This document shows, piece after piece, positions 1 through 12,020 of a stretch of DNA of 64,000 bases. Origin of the DNA: Zootoca vivipara (lineage: Eukaryota); NCBI RefSeq assembly GCF_963506605.1, contig NC_083290.1, forward strand, positions 25,296,001 to 25,360,000, in the 5' to 3' direction. Made by a program: the position numbers and the translations under genes. Positions within the stretch are counted from its first letter, which is position 1. Each line of letters starts with the position of its first letter. The notes beneath the pieces were generated by a model. The model had not been told where the DNA came from. It ran no database searches and saw only the letters and a list, made by a program, of their open reading frames with translations.

Positions 1-318
1 GAAACCAGGTGGGAGGGGCATGGAATGGAGTGCCCTAGAACATGTTATGTTTGGAACCCTGAGCAGGAGCATTTCACGCGGCAACATTTTACTACAGACC
101 CCACTTGTAAAGCCTCTGATGAGTGATTCATCACTTCATGCAAAGCCAGACTTCTTTCTCCAGCTGGGCATCCATGGGTCTGTCTGCTCAGTCAGTGCTT
201 GCTTTGCCTACAGATAACCAGCCCCAACAACAGCAGGATTTGTGGGTGTGGGTGTGTATCCCCGTATTTAGAATTGGGTGCTTTGTTAAAAGTCAGTTTC
301 TCCTTCCTCTTTTTGCAG

Positions 319-449
319 GTTCTGCAGCTCTAACTTGCCCCCTGTCCTGACCTCCTCACAGCACGTCATGACAGTCCTCTTTGTGGCGGACGAAGGAATA
401 GCTGACAACGGGTTCTTTGCCACTTACCATGCCCACAACGCCACGGAAA
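319..449 (+). CDS. MFRP: MFRP internal exon, end of second CUB domain (partial gene; upstream exons lie outside the window)
   Basis: ttttgcag acceptor and gtaggt donor. Translates (R)FCSSNLPPVLTSSQHVMTVLFVADEGIADNGFFATYHAHNATE, matching the MFRP CUB2 C-terminus. Phases join the next exon. Absent from the ORF track. Confidence 0.92.
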
Positions 450-1992
450 GTAGGTGATGGTGGCTCCTGGCACCTTTGTCTACCGCCAGCTGAGGTAGAA
501 TGGGCCAGCCAGCTTTCTCTTCAACGTTTGTTTTCCACTAGCCCCTTTTCACCAGCCCCTGCTTACACATTATTTCCTGGAGCTTTCTCCCTCCCCACGT
601 GGGCCTCAGAAAGGGGCAACACACTGCCCATCTTCAGAGGCACCCTCCCCTTTTAAAATTGTTACCTCCCATTGCAAAGAGAAGACACCTTTCCAGAGCT
701 CTGGGATTCCAGCCAAACTTTCTTAAATTGGGGGTGGGTGGGGAGGTTGAACATTGTGGTTTTAATACTAAGCCATGTTTTTCCTCCTACCTCACCACCA
801 GCCCCAAACACTTACCTTGATATCTAGCTTGGTGAAGCATTCTGGTGCACTCAGAAGCTTGCGCACTCTTCTGTAACATTATGGTTGTTTGCAGTAAAGG
901 GACTTTGGAATCTTTCAAATCAAGAATGGTAGCTTGATCAATAGCTGTGCATGCTGGTGTAACCTCCTGCTCTTCCTCTCCTTAACAGCATATTTTTCTC
1001 TGAGAAAATCCAATTGATTTGGCATGCAGAGGGTTGGAAAATGTTTTCCTTGCTGTTGAATAAGTGGGGGTGAGACTTCACCCCTGCTCCCCCCGAATGA
1101 CTGCTGGCCACATACCTTCCCTTCTGTCTCACAGGAAGTGTTAGAAGTCACAGTGGCTGGTCCCCGCTGAGACTGGTAGGGCAGCAAGCAGGAAGGCCAA
1201 CAGTTGGTGGCGCCAGAGCCAGTGATGGATAAGAGACAGAGCCCATGTCAGGCAGATCCAGCTCATTCTGGTCTTGTCTCTATCCTCCTCTCTGCTGAGT
1301 TCTACAAGGGCAGCCCTGAGACTAAGGAGGAGGTTGAGAGAAGGCAGGCAGGTGGGGGCTAGCTGAAGTCAGATTGAGGCTGGTAGGGTCATCCCCCATT
1401 TGCCCTAATGGGACCAGTCTGCACTGCACTGCTATCCACACATTTTCTCTTCTGTCTCTGCTAACGAAAAGGACTAGAGGCATTCTTTTTCTTAAAATGA
1501 AAACAAGGTGGGGGAGGATGAAAGAAGGAAGATTTGGGCAGAGGGTTATGAAGGGGGCCAGCTGCCACCCATAGCAGCTACTTCCCCAATAGCAGAAAAA
1601 CTCCTGCTTTCTGCCACATCAGTCCTGGAGCTTTGAGGAGGGGCCTCATTCATAAAAGCCTCGAGGTGGCACTGGTGGCACTGGATCTGGGGACGGGGGA
1701 TGGGGTCATGTTGGCCCACATCTCTTGGGAAGGACTGCATTTGTTTGTTCTCAAACTCTAGCCCTCCTGGGATTACATACATTTTGGCAGTTGGGGTTTT
1801 TCTCTCTGTGTTTGTTGTTTTCCATAATTACTACTTAGCTTTACAGCAGGAAATTTCCATCCAGGGGAGAGAGAAACCCCTAAGCGGGAATGCCACTGAC
1901 CCCAAAGCTTTCATTCTCATGTGATTAGAGGAAAACTCACATCTGACTCCAGGCCAAACTTGTGAGCTGCTAAACTGTACAACTGCACACAC

Positions 1993-2420
1993 TAGGCATG
2001 GATGAATCTGTCAATTTCACTTTCTCTCACTTTCTCATTCTTCTAATCGTATGCAAAGGTCACCACATTTCCACAGCAATTTGCACTAAAAGAACAAAAA
2101 GCTCATGAAAATTTATCAGTATTTTAGTGCGAATTTCCCCAAATAAATGCATTTTTGGATGCAGTTTTGACTAATGTGCACATTTTTGCAAGCCATTTTT
2201 CCTAACACAATTAATTTTTAATGTCGTCTTCATAAAGACGGGTCTTTTATGCACACTTTCCTTTAATATATTCATTTTTGGACACATTGGTTGGAGAGGC
2301 GCATCGCAAGATTCGGAGAAGGGTGAATTTCACAAGATAGCTGAGTTTCATTTTGTGCATTGCTTCAGGAAGCGCAAATCAGGTAGTTTCTCATTAAGAG
2401 ACAAACAAAATCTAATCCCA
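1993..2420. mobile_element. Old squamate interspersed repeat (probably DNA-transposon derived) in an MFRP intron
   Basis: Recurring gcacatttt/gtgcatt/gcgaattt motifs of a repeat common in lizards. No TSD resolved. Confidence 0.45.
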
Positions 2421-2826
2421 CCCACCCAAGTTCCTTGCTTCCTCATCAAATGATGAGGATTTCCAGGACAGAGTACCATCCAAGTGCTTCTCATGGGCCA
2501 AATGATCCCCTTTACTCTTTGGATTTGGAAGAAATTTCAAGTTTCTCTGAAAGAAGAAAAGCAACTGGGAATCCCTGGCTCCCCTACTGAGATTTAGTGG
2601 CCACTTTGTGACAAAACTATATAATGATGCTATCTGGTGCTGACATGTAGATTAAGGGAGAAAGATTGAGCCTTGCAGAGGTTAATTAAAATAAGTTTGT
2701 ATTAAAGCAGTTGCATGCTGCTTTGGAAGTTCCCCATCCCTTAAGGCTGAAGCTGCCATTTAGCAGGGTGTTATCTACCCAAGACTTCTGCTGTCCTCTC
2801 TCTTGCCTTTCTCAACCCCTCTCCAG

Positions 2827-2961
2827 AAACATGCAGCCCCCTGGATTTCTCCTGCAGAAATGGCGAGTGCCTGTCTCAGGCATTGGTGTGTGATGGCTGG
2901 CACAACTGCCCAGATGGGAGCGACGAATTCAACTGCACCAGCCTCACCTATGCATCTTTCG
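2827..2961 (+). CDS. MFRP: MFRP exon, LDL-receptor class A repeat
   Basis: ctccag acceptor and gtgagc donor. [45 protein letters not shown] has 6 Cys and the CxDGSDE LDLa signature. Phase 1-1. Confidence 0.95.
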
Positions 2962-3595
2962 GTGAGCGGCAATTCCTTCCTCATGAAACAAGATTCCTAA
3001 AGTTGAGGTCCTGCACCAGTTGTTGAAAAAGGGCTGCCCTGTCATTATTATGGGGATAATAAATTCTGGCCTACCTTAAATGGCTGTTCCAACAACAAGA
3101 TAATTTATGTTAAGCAATTGAATATAATAAAGCAGCAGCCTTCGACATTCTTAGATCTGGAGGCCACCTTTCGGCCGAACATAAATTGTGGGGCCTTCTT
3201 AATTTTTGATGATATAGACTGGTGTATGTGTTTGCGTGGTTATTTGTTTAATAAAAGATAACAATTATATCAGTTAAAAAGAACACTTGAAAGCATTAGA
3301 TCAAGAAGAAATTCCCTAAACATGTGTGCCTTCAAGAGCTGTCGGAATGCCAAAAGTTTTGGAGTCTCTTGTATATCTGCAGGGATTGCATTCCACAAAG
3401 GGGACGTGCTGGTTTCCCCTTCCCTCTTGTTTCTCAGTAGCCTCATTTTGTCTCCCCAGTTTGCCCCCAGCGTATGAGTTCGTTGCTAGAAGGCTATCAC
3501 TATTCAAGGCCACCGCTCCCTAGTCTAGGGTCTTTAGCAAGGCCTCCTCCCCATCAGAACCTGGGGAAATGAATCTGGCACAATCTAACTATGCG

Positions 3596-3939
3596 TAAAG
3601 CTAAAGGGACCCCTGACCATTAGGTCCAGTCGCAGACGGCTCTGGGGTTGCGGCACTCATCTCGCTTTACTGGCCGAGGGAGTCGGCGTACAGCTTCCGG
3701 GTCATGACCAGCATGACTAAGCCGCTTCTGGCAAACCAGGGCACACGGAAACGCCGTTTACCTTCCCGCCAGAGCGGTACCTATTTATCTACTTGCACTT
3801 TGTACTTTCGAACTGCTAGGTTGGCAGGAGCTGGGACCGAGCAATGGGAGCTCACCCCGTTGCGGGGATTCGAACCGCCGACCTTCTGATCGGCAAGTCC
3901 TAGGCTCTGTGGTTTAACCCACAGCGTCACCTGCGTCCC
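3596..3939 (-). mobile_element. Sauria SINE, near full length
   Basis: Reverse-complement tRNA-like head (ggttcgaatccc B-box), conserved body and ACCTTT-type tail. Imperfect TSD actatgc(g/a)ta. Confidence 0.9.
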
Positions 3940-4153
3940 ACTATGCATAACCTAACTATAAATATGAGCTGCTGGGGGGTGGGGATTAGGCAAGACAACA
4001 GGGTTTTCACCTCTGGTGCCCAGTGATAATTTTCCTGGAGGGTGACAACATGCTGGGCTAGAAGTAACTTTGAGCTGGTCAGCCAAGCTGCTCTGTATGT
4101 TCCTGAGCTGGATCTGAAACATTGCCACCTTTTCCTTCTCTTCTAACCTGCAG

Positions 4154-4281
4154 AGCCGTCCTGTGAGCCGATTGAGGTGGAGATGTGTTTGGGTCTCAGT
4201 TACAATGCCACCTCTTTCCCCAACATCTGGCTGACCATTATGGATCAGCAAGAGGCAGAAGAGCATCTCGAAGACTATATG
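4154..4281 (+). CDS. MFRP: MFRP exon, start of Frizzled-like cysteine-rich domain
   Basis: Polypyrimidine tract plus cag acceptor, gtgagc donor. [43 protein letters not shown] resembles human [23 protein letters not shown]. Confidence 0.95.
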
Positions 4282-5147
4282 GTGAGCCTGGAGGAAGGTG
4301 GGGAAAAGGGTGAGGGAGAGTGACGGGGGGGGGGGCTGGACCCTTGGCTTGCAGGGAAGGTAGGGAACATCAACAGAAACACCTTGCCACAGAGTGGGGA
4401 GCAGGAGAGAAAGATCTGGCCCAGCAGGACAACATCCCTCCCACCACTTTAGAAAGATTGATAGATTGGTTCCTGGGCATGTGGAGCCCTGAAAAATGCC
4501 CCCACCAAGCCTGTTGGCCACTGCCTATCCTTGGTTCTAGGTCAGCTGGAGCCAGAACCAGGAAAATGACTCCCTTTCTGCCCCTTTGCTCATTTTTTAA
4601 AAAGATTGTTTTTTATAAATCCATGACATCGCAACATCATACAACAATTATAGAAAAGAAGTTTGACTTAACCATAACCCACACAGTGCACAGCCATTTT
4701 CTACTCGTTAGAAGAGAAAATTCACAAATGCACTAAATGCATCCACTTACCAACAACCATCAGGAATGCTTAGCCAAGGAGGTGTCTCAGTAATAAATCT
4801 AACTGAAATGATTTCTTGGAGAAGCGGCAGTTGTGTTGCAGCTCTCTGACAGGTCATGTGACAAGGGGTCCCACATATCTTCAGGTTTGTCCCTCCTGCT
4901 TTCGCCCGTCATTAGCATTTTTCTTTGCAGACGTTTTCCAGCTAGGGCAGTGGTTCCCAAACTTCCCCCCGCCCTATAAACTCATTCTCAGTGCCCCCTG
5001 CCCTATAACACATTGTTCAGAACAGCAGTTTGCACAACTAAGGAAGATAACACAATGAAAATTCAAAGCAGTAGCAATTAATTACACACTTATTCAAAAC
5101 CCAATTAAAACTATTCAGTTTTCTTGATTCAGCAAAACTGATGCACT

Positions 5148-5541
5148 TAGAGTTGGAAGTCATCTAGTCCAACCCCCTGCAATGCAGGAATCTCAGCTAA
5201 AGCATCCATGACAGATGGCCATCCAACCTCTGTCTAAAAACCTCCAAGAAAGTCCACCACCTCTCTTGGGAGTCTGTTCCACTGCTGAATAGCTCTTACT
5301 GTCAGAAAGTTTTTTTTCCGAATGCTTAGTCGGAATCTCCTTTCTTGCAACTTGAAGCCATTGCTCCCTCCTCCATGTGACAGACCACTTTTCCAGTCTA
5401 AACATACCCAGCTCCTTCAAGCGCTTCCCATAAGGCTTAGTTTCCAGACCCCTGATCATCTTGGTTGCCCTCTCTGCACAGGTTCCAGCTTGCCAACATC
5501 CTTCTTAAATAGCGGTGCCCATAACTGGACACAGTATTCCA
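5148..5541 (-). mobile_element. CR1 LINE 3' fragment (a short + strand CR1-type tail follows at ~5560-5627)
   Basis: Minus [27 protein letters not shown] is a CR1 ORF2 C-terminal motif, followed by a CR1 3' UTR. Confidence 0.85.
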
Positions 5542-5885
5542 CTTGATCCTATGATATTGAGATTCCTGCATTGCAGGGGGTTGGACAAGATGACACTTGG
5601 GACCCCTTCGAATTCTATAACTCTATGTTACCAGCTTCTCAAAGTCTGATGCTCACTAACAGCTCTACTGCCCCATGGTGGGCATTAGCGCCCCCTTTGG
5701 GAACCACTGAGCTAGGGCAAGAGACCACCATCTCTGCATGGGGTACTTCCAGTGATGGGCTATCAAATGCAGTATTAGGTATTTATACAGTAAACCATTC
5801 ATGTTTTCCCAGAGTGGTGAGAGAAGGGCTATTTCAACGCCTGACAAGTGCCTTTCCCTGCTGCCCCTTGCTTGTTCTTTTTCAG

Positions 5886-6110
5886 ATGCTGAAAGACTTC
5901 TCTTGCTACCCATCTCTGCGCTTGCTCCTGTGCAGCCTCTTCGTACCCAAGTGCACCCCGGACGGGGGCATCCTCCAGCCGTGCCGCTCTGTGTGCCTGG
6001 CAGCCGAGCAGAGCTGCCAGCAATCCCTCAGCCTTCTGGGTCTCCCGTGGCCCCTGAACTGCAACGTCCTGCTAGATTCCAACAACCCTTTGGAGTGTTT
6101 CCTGCCATAA
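5886..6110 (+). CDS. MFRP: MFRP terminal coding exon, rest of Frizzled CRD, TAA stop
   Basis: ttttttcag acceptor, phase 0. MLKDFSCYPSLRLLLCSLFVPKCTPDGGILQPCRSVCLAAEQSCQQSLSLLGLPWPLNCNVLLDSNNPLECFLP*. This is the 3' part of ORF 5571..6110. Confidence 0.95.
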   Translation: MLKDFSCYPSLRLLLCSLFVPKCTPDGGILQPCRSVCLAAEQSCQQSLSLLGLPWPLNCNVLLDSNNPLECFLP

Positions 6111-6703
6111 AAGGGGCTGCCCCGCTCCGTCCACATCCTCTACTTCACCTGCTGTGTTGCTGAACGCTCCTCTCGTTGCCCAGCTTGGTGGGAGACCTTT
6201 TGGAGGCCGCCAGTTCCCGAGCGTAAGTTCCCCATCAGAAGAAATCCTCCACCAGAAGGCCTTGGGATCTGAGCTACAATGCTTTGTAGGCTACCCACTG
6301 ACGAACGTCTCTCCAAGGAACCGGTGGAATCTGAGCAACAGGAGGACAATTTGCAGTTTGGGGGTTGAGTTTTTAGATTGTAAGCACCTTGGGTAAGAGG
6401 CCTGTCCTCGTACCCTTCATAAAGTTCTATGCGCCTTGATGGTGCCCATATAAATAACTTGGATAATAACATATCAGAGGCTGCAGGGGGCTTCCATCAT
6501 AATTAGAGCTGCAATATTTAGCTGATTGGTTTTTAAGTCTTTATGGTTGATTTTAAAAGGCATTTTTTAAAAAGAAAAGATTAATGTAAATGATTTTTAC
6601 TGTACATACTGACAAGTCCACGGCTTGTGAGCCCTTTCTTAGAAGGGGAGTTCTTTCTTCTCTCTTACATGGGAGCAAAAGCCTCCTGTGAGATTATGCC
6701 TAC

Positions 6704-6842
6704 NNNNNNNNNNNNNNNNNNNNNNNNNNNNNNNNNNNNNNNNNNNNNNNNNNNNNNNNNNNNNNNNNNNNNNNNNNNNNNNNNNNNNNNNNNNNNNNNN
6801 NNNNNNNNNNNNNNNNNNNNNNNNNNNNNNNNNNNNNNNNNN
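6704..6842. other. Assembly gap (139 N)
   Basis: Run of n. Confidence 1.
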
Positions 6843-7212
6843 ATTATGTTGTTAAAATGCAAATTCATTCAGATCATAGAACTTTTGGATTGGACAGGAT
6901 CCCAGGGGTCATGTAGTCCAGCCCCCTGCAATGAAGTTGATTGATTCGCTGATTAAAAGTGATACAATTGTTCCTTTCTCTGAGTGACAACCCTAATAAT
7001 TCTTGATTATATACCAGCAAATAAGGACATCTTCTTGTTCCAGCTAACACAGCATCAGATTGCACTATATACATAGTAGTTTACTGGATTGTGATTTTAC
7101 ATTAATCTCCCATTTCAGCTCTGCCCTCATGAGTTAACTTTGCATGCATTTAAAAAAAACACCAAAAAACACCCTTCAGAATTATTTGTCAAAGACAGCT
7201 GAATTTAGCACC

Positions 7213-7556
7213 CTCTGTGGGTTAAACCACTGAGCCTAGGGCTTGCTGACCAGAAGGTCAGCGGTTCGAATCCCTGTGGCGGGGTGAGCTCCCGTTGCTC
7301 GGTCCCAGCTCCTGCCAACCTAGCAGTTCGAAAGCACATCAAAATGCAAGTAGATAAATAGGAACCGCTATAGCGGGAAGGTAAACGGCGTTTCCGTGTG
7401 CTGCTCTGGTTTGCCAGAAGTGGCTTTGTCATGCTGGCCACATGATCTGGAAACTATACGCCGGCTCCCTCGGCCAATAATGCGAGATGAGCGCGCAACC
7501 CCAGAGTCGGTCACGACTGGACCTAATGGTCAGGGGTCCCTTTACCTTTACCTTTA
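7213..7556 (+). mobile_element. Sauria SINE
   Basis: Head ctgtgggttaaaccactgagcc, B-box ggttcgaatccc, tail ccctttacctttaccttt. Confidence 0.9.
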
Positions 7557-8439
7557 TAAACCATGCAAATCAACCAAGACTTTTCCTTATTTTGCAAAAT
7601 GCATTCCGTCTGTGCTCATTGTGAGCGGGTGTGGGCAGAGACATGCAGAGCCCTGAAGTCCTGTTCCTGGAACATTGCAAATCTTATTCAGCCACCCACT
7701 TGATTTCTGAGTTTTCAGTGGGCTTTTATACATCTTAAGGACTAGACGCTTGTTACTGTTGTTTAATGAAAGCTGCCATTCTCAGGAAGCTGAATCCTCC
7801 ATCCCAAACCACATCCTGTGAGTTTTCTGTGCTTGCATGTACTGTAATTGTCAGATGCGCCCAGCCCTTGCGGCAAAGCCCTGCTGAAAGTATTTCTTTC
7901 CAGAATACATCTGGTTTAATAATGATTATGTGAAGATTATGAAGACTTCAGAGTTGCCTCATTTGTAGATCAAGCTATTACAGCAGCATGCTGAGTGATT
8001 GAAACAACACAGACAAAACTTATGGGAGCTTCCAGTTTTCCTTGTATCTGAAAGCGGATGCTTCAGACCTGCGGGTGATATGGAATTGTTCTAGCCTGCC
8101 CCTCCAGCACCTCCAACAATTGACAGGGCTGCACAATTTATTAGTTTGATCTTAGCAGAATGAAGTGGTAGCGTGGTAGAAGACTGTCCTACTTCAGACT
8201 GCAGGTGACGGTTGATCCCCTTAAAAAAATAATCCACCAGCAAAAGAGGAGGGGAAAACAACCCACAAGAAGAAAGCTAGTGTGTAAGGGAAAGAGCTTC
8301 ATGTCTTCCTATGCTAGCTTTCCAGGTAAAAGGAGTTTATAATGCAAGGACTTTCCTACATACATGTTATCCCTCCATCTGCACTTTGAAATGGGATTAT
8401 TAGCTTTAAACACTTGATTTCTCTTCCACCTCACTGCCA

Positions 8440-8600
8440 ACAGTGTGGAGTAGAGGTGAGAATGCCAGACTAGGACCTGGAAGACCAGGGTTCAAATCCA
8501 CACTCAGCCATGAAGCTCACTGGGTGACCTCGGGCCAGTGGCTGACTCTCAACCTAACCTACCTCACAGGGTCGTTGTGATTATAAAAATGGGGAGGAGG
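8440..8600 (+). mobile_element. tRNA-derived MIR/Squam-like SINE
   Basis: A/B-box-like head (gggttcaaatcc) and core gggtgacctcgggccag...cctcacagggtcgttgtg. Confidence 0.7.
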
Positions 8601-8670
8601 AGGGTGAACCATGCATGCTATTCCAGCCCTACCTGGAGATGCTGGGGGTTGAATTTAGGACCTTCTACAT

Positions 8671-8921
8671 CATGGGTAGGCAAACTAAGGCCCGGCGGCC
8701 GGATGCGGCCCAATTGCCTTCTAATCCGGCCCGCAGACGGTCCGGGAATCAGCATGTTTTTACATGAGTAGAATGTGTCCTTTTATTTAAAATGCATCTC
8801 TGGGTTATTTGTGGGGCATAGGAATACGTTCTTCTTCTTCTTTTCAAAATATAGTCCGGCCCCCCAAAAGGTCTGAGGGACAGTGGACAGGCCCCCTGCT
8901 GAAAAAGTTTGCTGACCCCTG
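8671..8921. mobile_element. Non-autonomous hAT (Charlie/Buster group, OC1-like)
   Basis: Perfect 8-bp TSD ttctacat (8663-8670, 8922-8929). Imperfect terminal inverted repeats (TIRs) catgggtaggcaaact / agtttgctgacccctg. Confidence 0.85.
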
Positions 8922-9367
8922 TTCTACATGAACAGCAGATGCCCTGCCACCTGACCTTCAACCCTTCCCTGCAGAAACCACTGTCCCTGGTACTGCAACA
9001 TTTCAGGCTTCAGTTGAGAGGATACACAGTTATTGGATTCCTGTCATCAGTAATTCCCCACCCACAGAAAACTGGCCCGTCAGCAAAAGAGATCTAGCCT
9101 CACTTTTCACACTTGTGTGCAATTGTTTTGAAAGAGCATTTGAATCTGTTAAAAAGTCCAACCTGCAACTAAATGGTCCTAGGAGCTCTGTGCCACTCAT
9201 GTGTGAATTACTTCACCTTCCATTCCATCCCTGAGCAGCAGCCTCTGAGATCATCAGAGTCCAGCTTAAATCTGGGAAGCATCACCCCAAGACAAGGGAG
9301 GGGTTTCTATGGAAGGGAGCTGGCGGCGGCAGCGTCTGCAAAACCAGTCTGGGAACAACGCCCATCC

Positions 9368-9398
9368 AGCTGCTGCTGCTGCTGCTGCTGCTACTGCT
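9368..9398 (+). repeat. (GCT)n microsatellite
   Basis: Directly visible; explains the poly-C and poly-A ORFs in the track. Confidence 0.95.
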
Positions 9399-10677
9399 GT
9401 CAAAGCAGAAAAATGCTCAGGGACTTCAAAAGCAGGATCTGGGTGCCAATCCCCCCCCCCCAATCAAACTCTGCAAACAAGTTGTGGGTGGGATCCGTGC
9501 CTGTGTTTGTGGTACACTTGTGCATGTACCAGAGAGGGCAGAGAATCAGTTCCCACTCTCTCTGTCCTAATACTAGAATGAAATAAAGCTGAATAATGAA
9601 AGGTTCCAGGTGGACTTGGCCACACAGGAATCTGCTATCCCAAGAGGCAGCAATGGCCAGCCAAAGAGGATGAGACAAATTCATGGAGCTCCAGGCTACC
9701 TGGGGGCTTCCAGCCACAATGGCTACTTCGCAGGGTCTGAGGAAGTGATCCTCCAAGTACCTATTTGCTGGGCATCACAGGGGGGGGGTGAGATGCTGCT
9801 GTGCTCCGGTCCTGGCTTTTAGGCTTCCCATGAGCATCCTGTGAGAGATGGATGCTGGACCAGACGGGCGTTTTGTCAGATTCAGCAGGAGCATGGGGAG
9901 CCGTGCTTGGTTTAATCTAGGTCAGTGTTGATCATGCAAATTAGCAGCAGCTCTCTGGAGTTTCATGCAGAGAGCCTTTGCCAGCTCTGACTGGGGATTT
10001 CAAGGATTGAACCATGCTGGTTTGCATGCAGCTGTGGTGGGTAAGTAAGTTTGCAAGGTGCCTCCTGCAACCCTTTTCTGGTAGACATGGATTATAAGAT
10101 GTGCCCAGTATAAGCAATTCCCAAGGGGCTTGGTTTTCCCAGACAGCAGAATACAATACACATTGATCAAGCAACATGCGTTATCACCCAGCATCCTTAT
10201 CCTATATTCTAATAGCAAACTCAAATGGAGGGGGAGCCTTTAGGTAGCCAAAGCAACACCCCCACATGAAAGAAGTGCTGCATGAGCAGGCTTAGGGAAC
10301 CCCCAAGGGTTGCAGATATCCTGGCTGTAGGACTGGTGGTAGTTGTAGTCCAAAACATCTGGTTGGCACTAGGTTGTGGGAGGCTGCTGTACACTCACTC
10401 CTATGCTTCTGCCTGGTTGGAAAATATTTTGTAATGTTTTGTTGACTCCCTGCTTTTAAAACACGATACATGTCTGTTAATGTTACTACTTTTTTCAAGA
10501 GGAGAGTAAGTGGACCTCAGCCTGGCCTCAAAGTCACACCTGGATGCTTCTCTCCTCTAATGTTAGATTCATATGGAGAAGAGAGTTATTGTTAAGTGAT
10601 GAGCAGCAGGCACTCCGTACATGCTCAAAGACACTTCTTTTCCTGTGGTGAGCTCTGGCAGAAAGTAAGTTCTAGTG

Positions 10678-10813
10678 CAGGCACCCCCAAACTTCGGCCC
10701 TCCAGATGTTTTGGACTACAATTCCCATCTTTCCTGACCACTGGTCCTGTTAGCTAGGGATCATGGGAGTTGTAGGCCTAAACATCTGGAGGGCCGCAGT
10801 TTGGGGATGCCTG
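10678..10813. mobile_element. Palindromic ~135-bp hAT MITE
   Basis: TIRs caggcacccccaaact / agtttggggatgcctg; perfect TSD ttctagtg. Confidence 0.9.
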
Positions 10814-10904
10814 TTCTAGTGTCTGCTCAAGGTAAAAAAAAACCAAAATGATGGGCAAAGAGGAAATGGAACCACCAACCCACTTCTTCTTTCTTTGTTT
10901 ACAG

Positions 10905-11046
10905 CAAGCATAGGCAAACTTGGCCCTCCAGATGTTTTGGGACTACAACTCCCATCATCCCTGACCACTGGTCCTGTTACCGGTAGCTAGGGATGATGGG
11001 AGTTGTAGTCCCAAAACCTCTGGAGGGCCAAGTTTGCCTATGACTG
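10905..11046. mobile_element. Palindromic hAT MITE, caggcataggcaaac-type ends
   Basis: Same internal core as 10678-10813; perfect TSD gtttacag. Confidence 0.9.
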
Positions 11047-11338
11047 GTTTACAGCATTTCTGACTCACCCTTTAGCCAAAAGGTGTGTCAGAGTCAGAGC
11101 AGCTTACAAAAATCAATTCTAAGATGGTCCTGACCTTAGGTTCACAATCTAAAAATATGTGACACAAGAGGAAAATGGGAATAGGAGGGAGGAGGGAAAA
11201 ACCAAGCTCAAGCACAACTTCTTAAAAGTGACAGCCCATGCCAGTGAAAGTCCTGTCTATTTCGCGTTTGATGAGATGGGTTTCCTGAACTTTCATCCCA
11301 CCATTGCTTTTATGAGGCGCTTCCTTGGAATTACAGTA

Positions 11339-11693
11339 TAAGGTAAAGGTAAAGGGACCCCTGACCATTAGGTCCAGTTGTGACCGACTCTGGGGTTGCG
11401 GCGCTCATCTCGCTTTATTGGCCGAGGGAGCCGGCGTACAGCTTCCAGCGTGTGGCCAGCGTGACTAAGCCACTTCTGGTGAACCAGAGCAGCACACGGA
11501 AATGCCTTTTACCTTCCCGCTGTAGCAGTACCTATTTATCTACTTGCACTTTGATGTGCTTTTGAACTGCTAAGTTGGCAGGAGCTGGGACCGAGCAATG
11601 GGAGCTCACCCCATTGCAGGGATTCGAACCGCTGACCTTCTGATCGGCAAACCCTAGGCTCTGTAGTTTAACCCACAGCACCACCCGCGTCCC
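11339..11693 (-). mobile_element. Sauria SINE, full length
   Basis: (AAAGGT)n at left and head ...cacccgcgtccc at right; degenerate TSD cttggaa.ta.ag. Confidence 0.92.
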
Positions 11694-11727
11694 CTTGGAA
11701 CTATAGAGAACATTTATTTACACCCCA

Positions 11728-11850
11728 CCTTGGCCCTCCGGCTGTTTTGGGACTACAGTTCCCATCATCCATGACCACTGGTCCTGTTAGCTAGGGATGG
11801 TGGGTGTTGTAGTCCCAAAACAGCAGGAGGGCCAAGTTTGGCCATGCCTG
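11728..11850. mobile_element. Palindromic hAT MITE, left end degraded
   Basis: Core gactacagttcccatcatcc...gttgtagtcccaaaacagcaggagggccaagtttggccatgcctg. Confidence 0.75.
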
Positions 11851-11884
11851 CTGCAAGCAGCTCAAGGCGGCACACCTGCTTCTC

Positions 11885-12020
11885 CCCACTACTCATTCTC
11901 CCCGCACAACCACCCTGCGAGGTAGGCCAGGCTGAGAGGCAACGTGGGCTGGCCCGAGCTCACCCAGTGAGCCTCCACTGCTGAGTGGGGAATTTGAACC
12001 CGGATTTCCCCGCTCCCACC
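11885..12020 (-). mobile_element. MIR/Squam-like tRNA SINE at the edge of the CpG island
   Basis: Reverse complement of the family at 8440 (cacaaccaccctgcgaggtaggc...gaatttgaacccgg). Confidence 0.65.

Noticed and set aside
3704-3889. Recurring MTKPLLANQ..RRLPSR ORFs (also 7205, 11380, 42978)
   Set aside because: Translations of Sauria SINE copies, not a gene family.
5571-5885. N-terminal part of the 179-aa ORF
   Set aside because: Intronic read-through that starts in a CR1-type tail. Only 5886-6110 after the acceptor is MFRP.
6627-6944. ORFs spanning X runs (also 18315-18689)
   Set aside because: Artefacts of assembly gaps.
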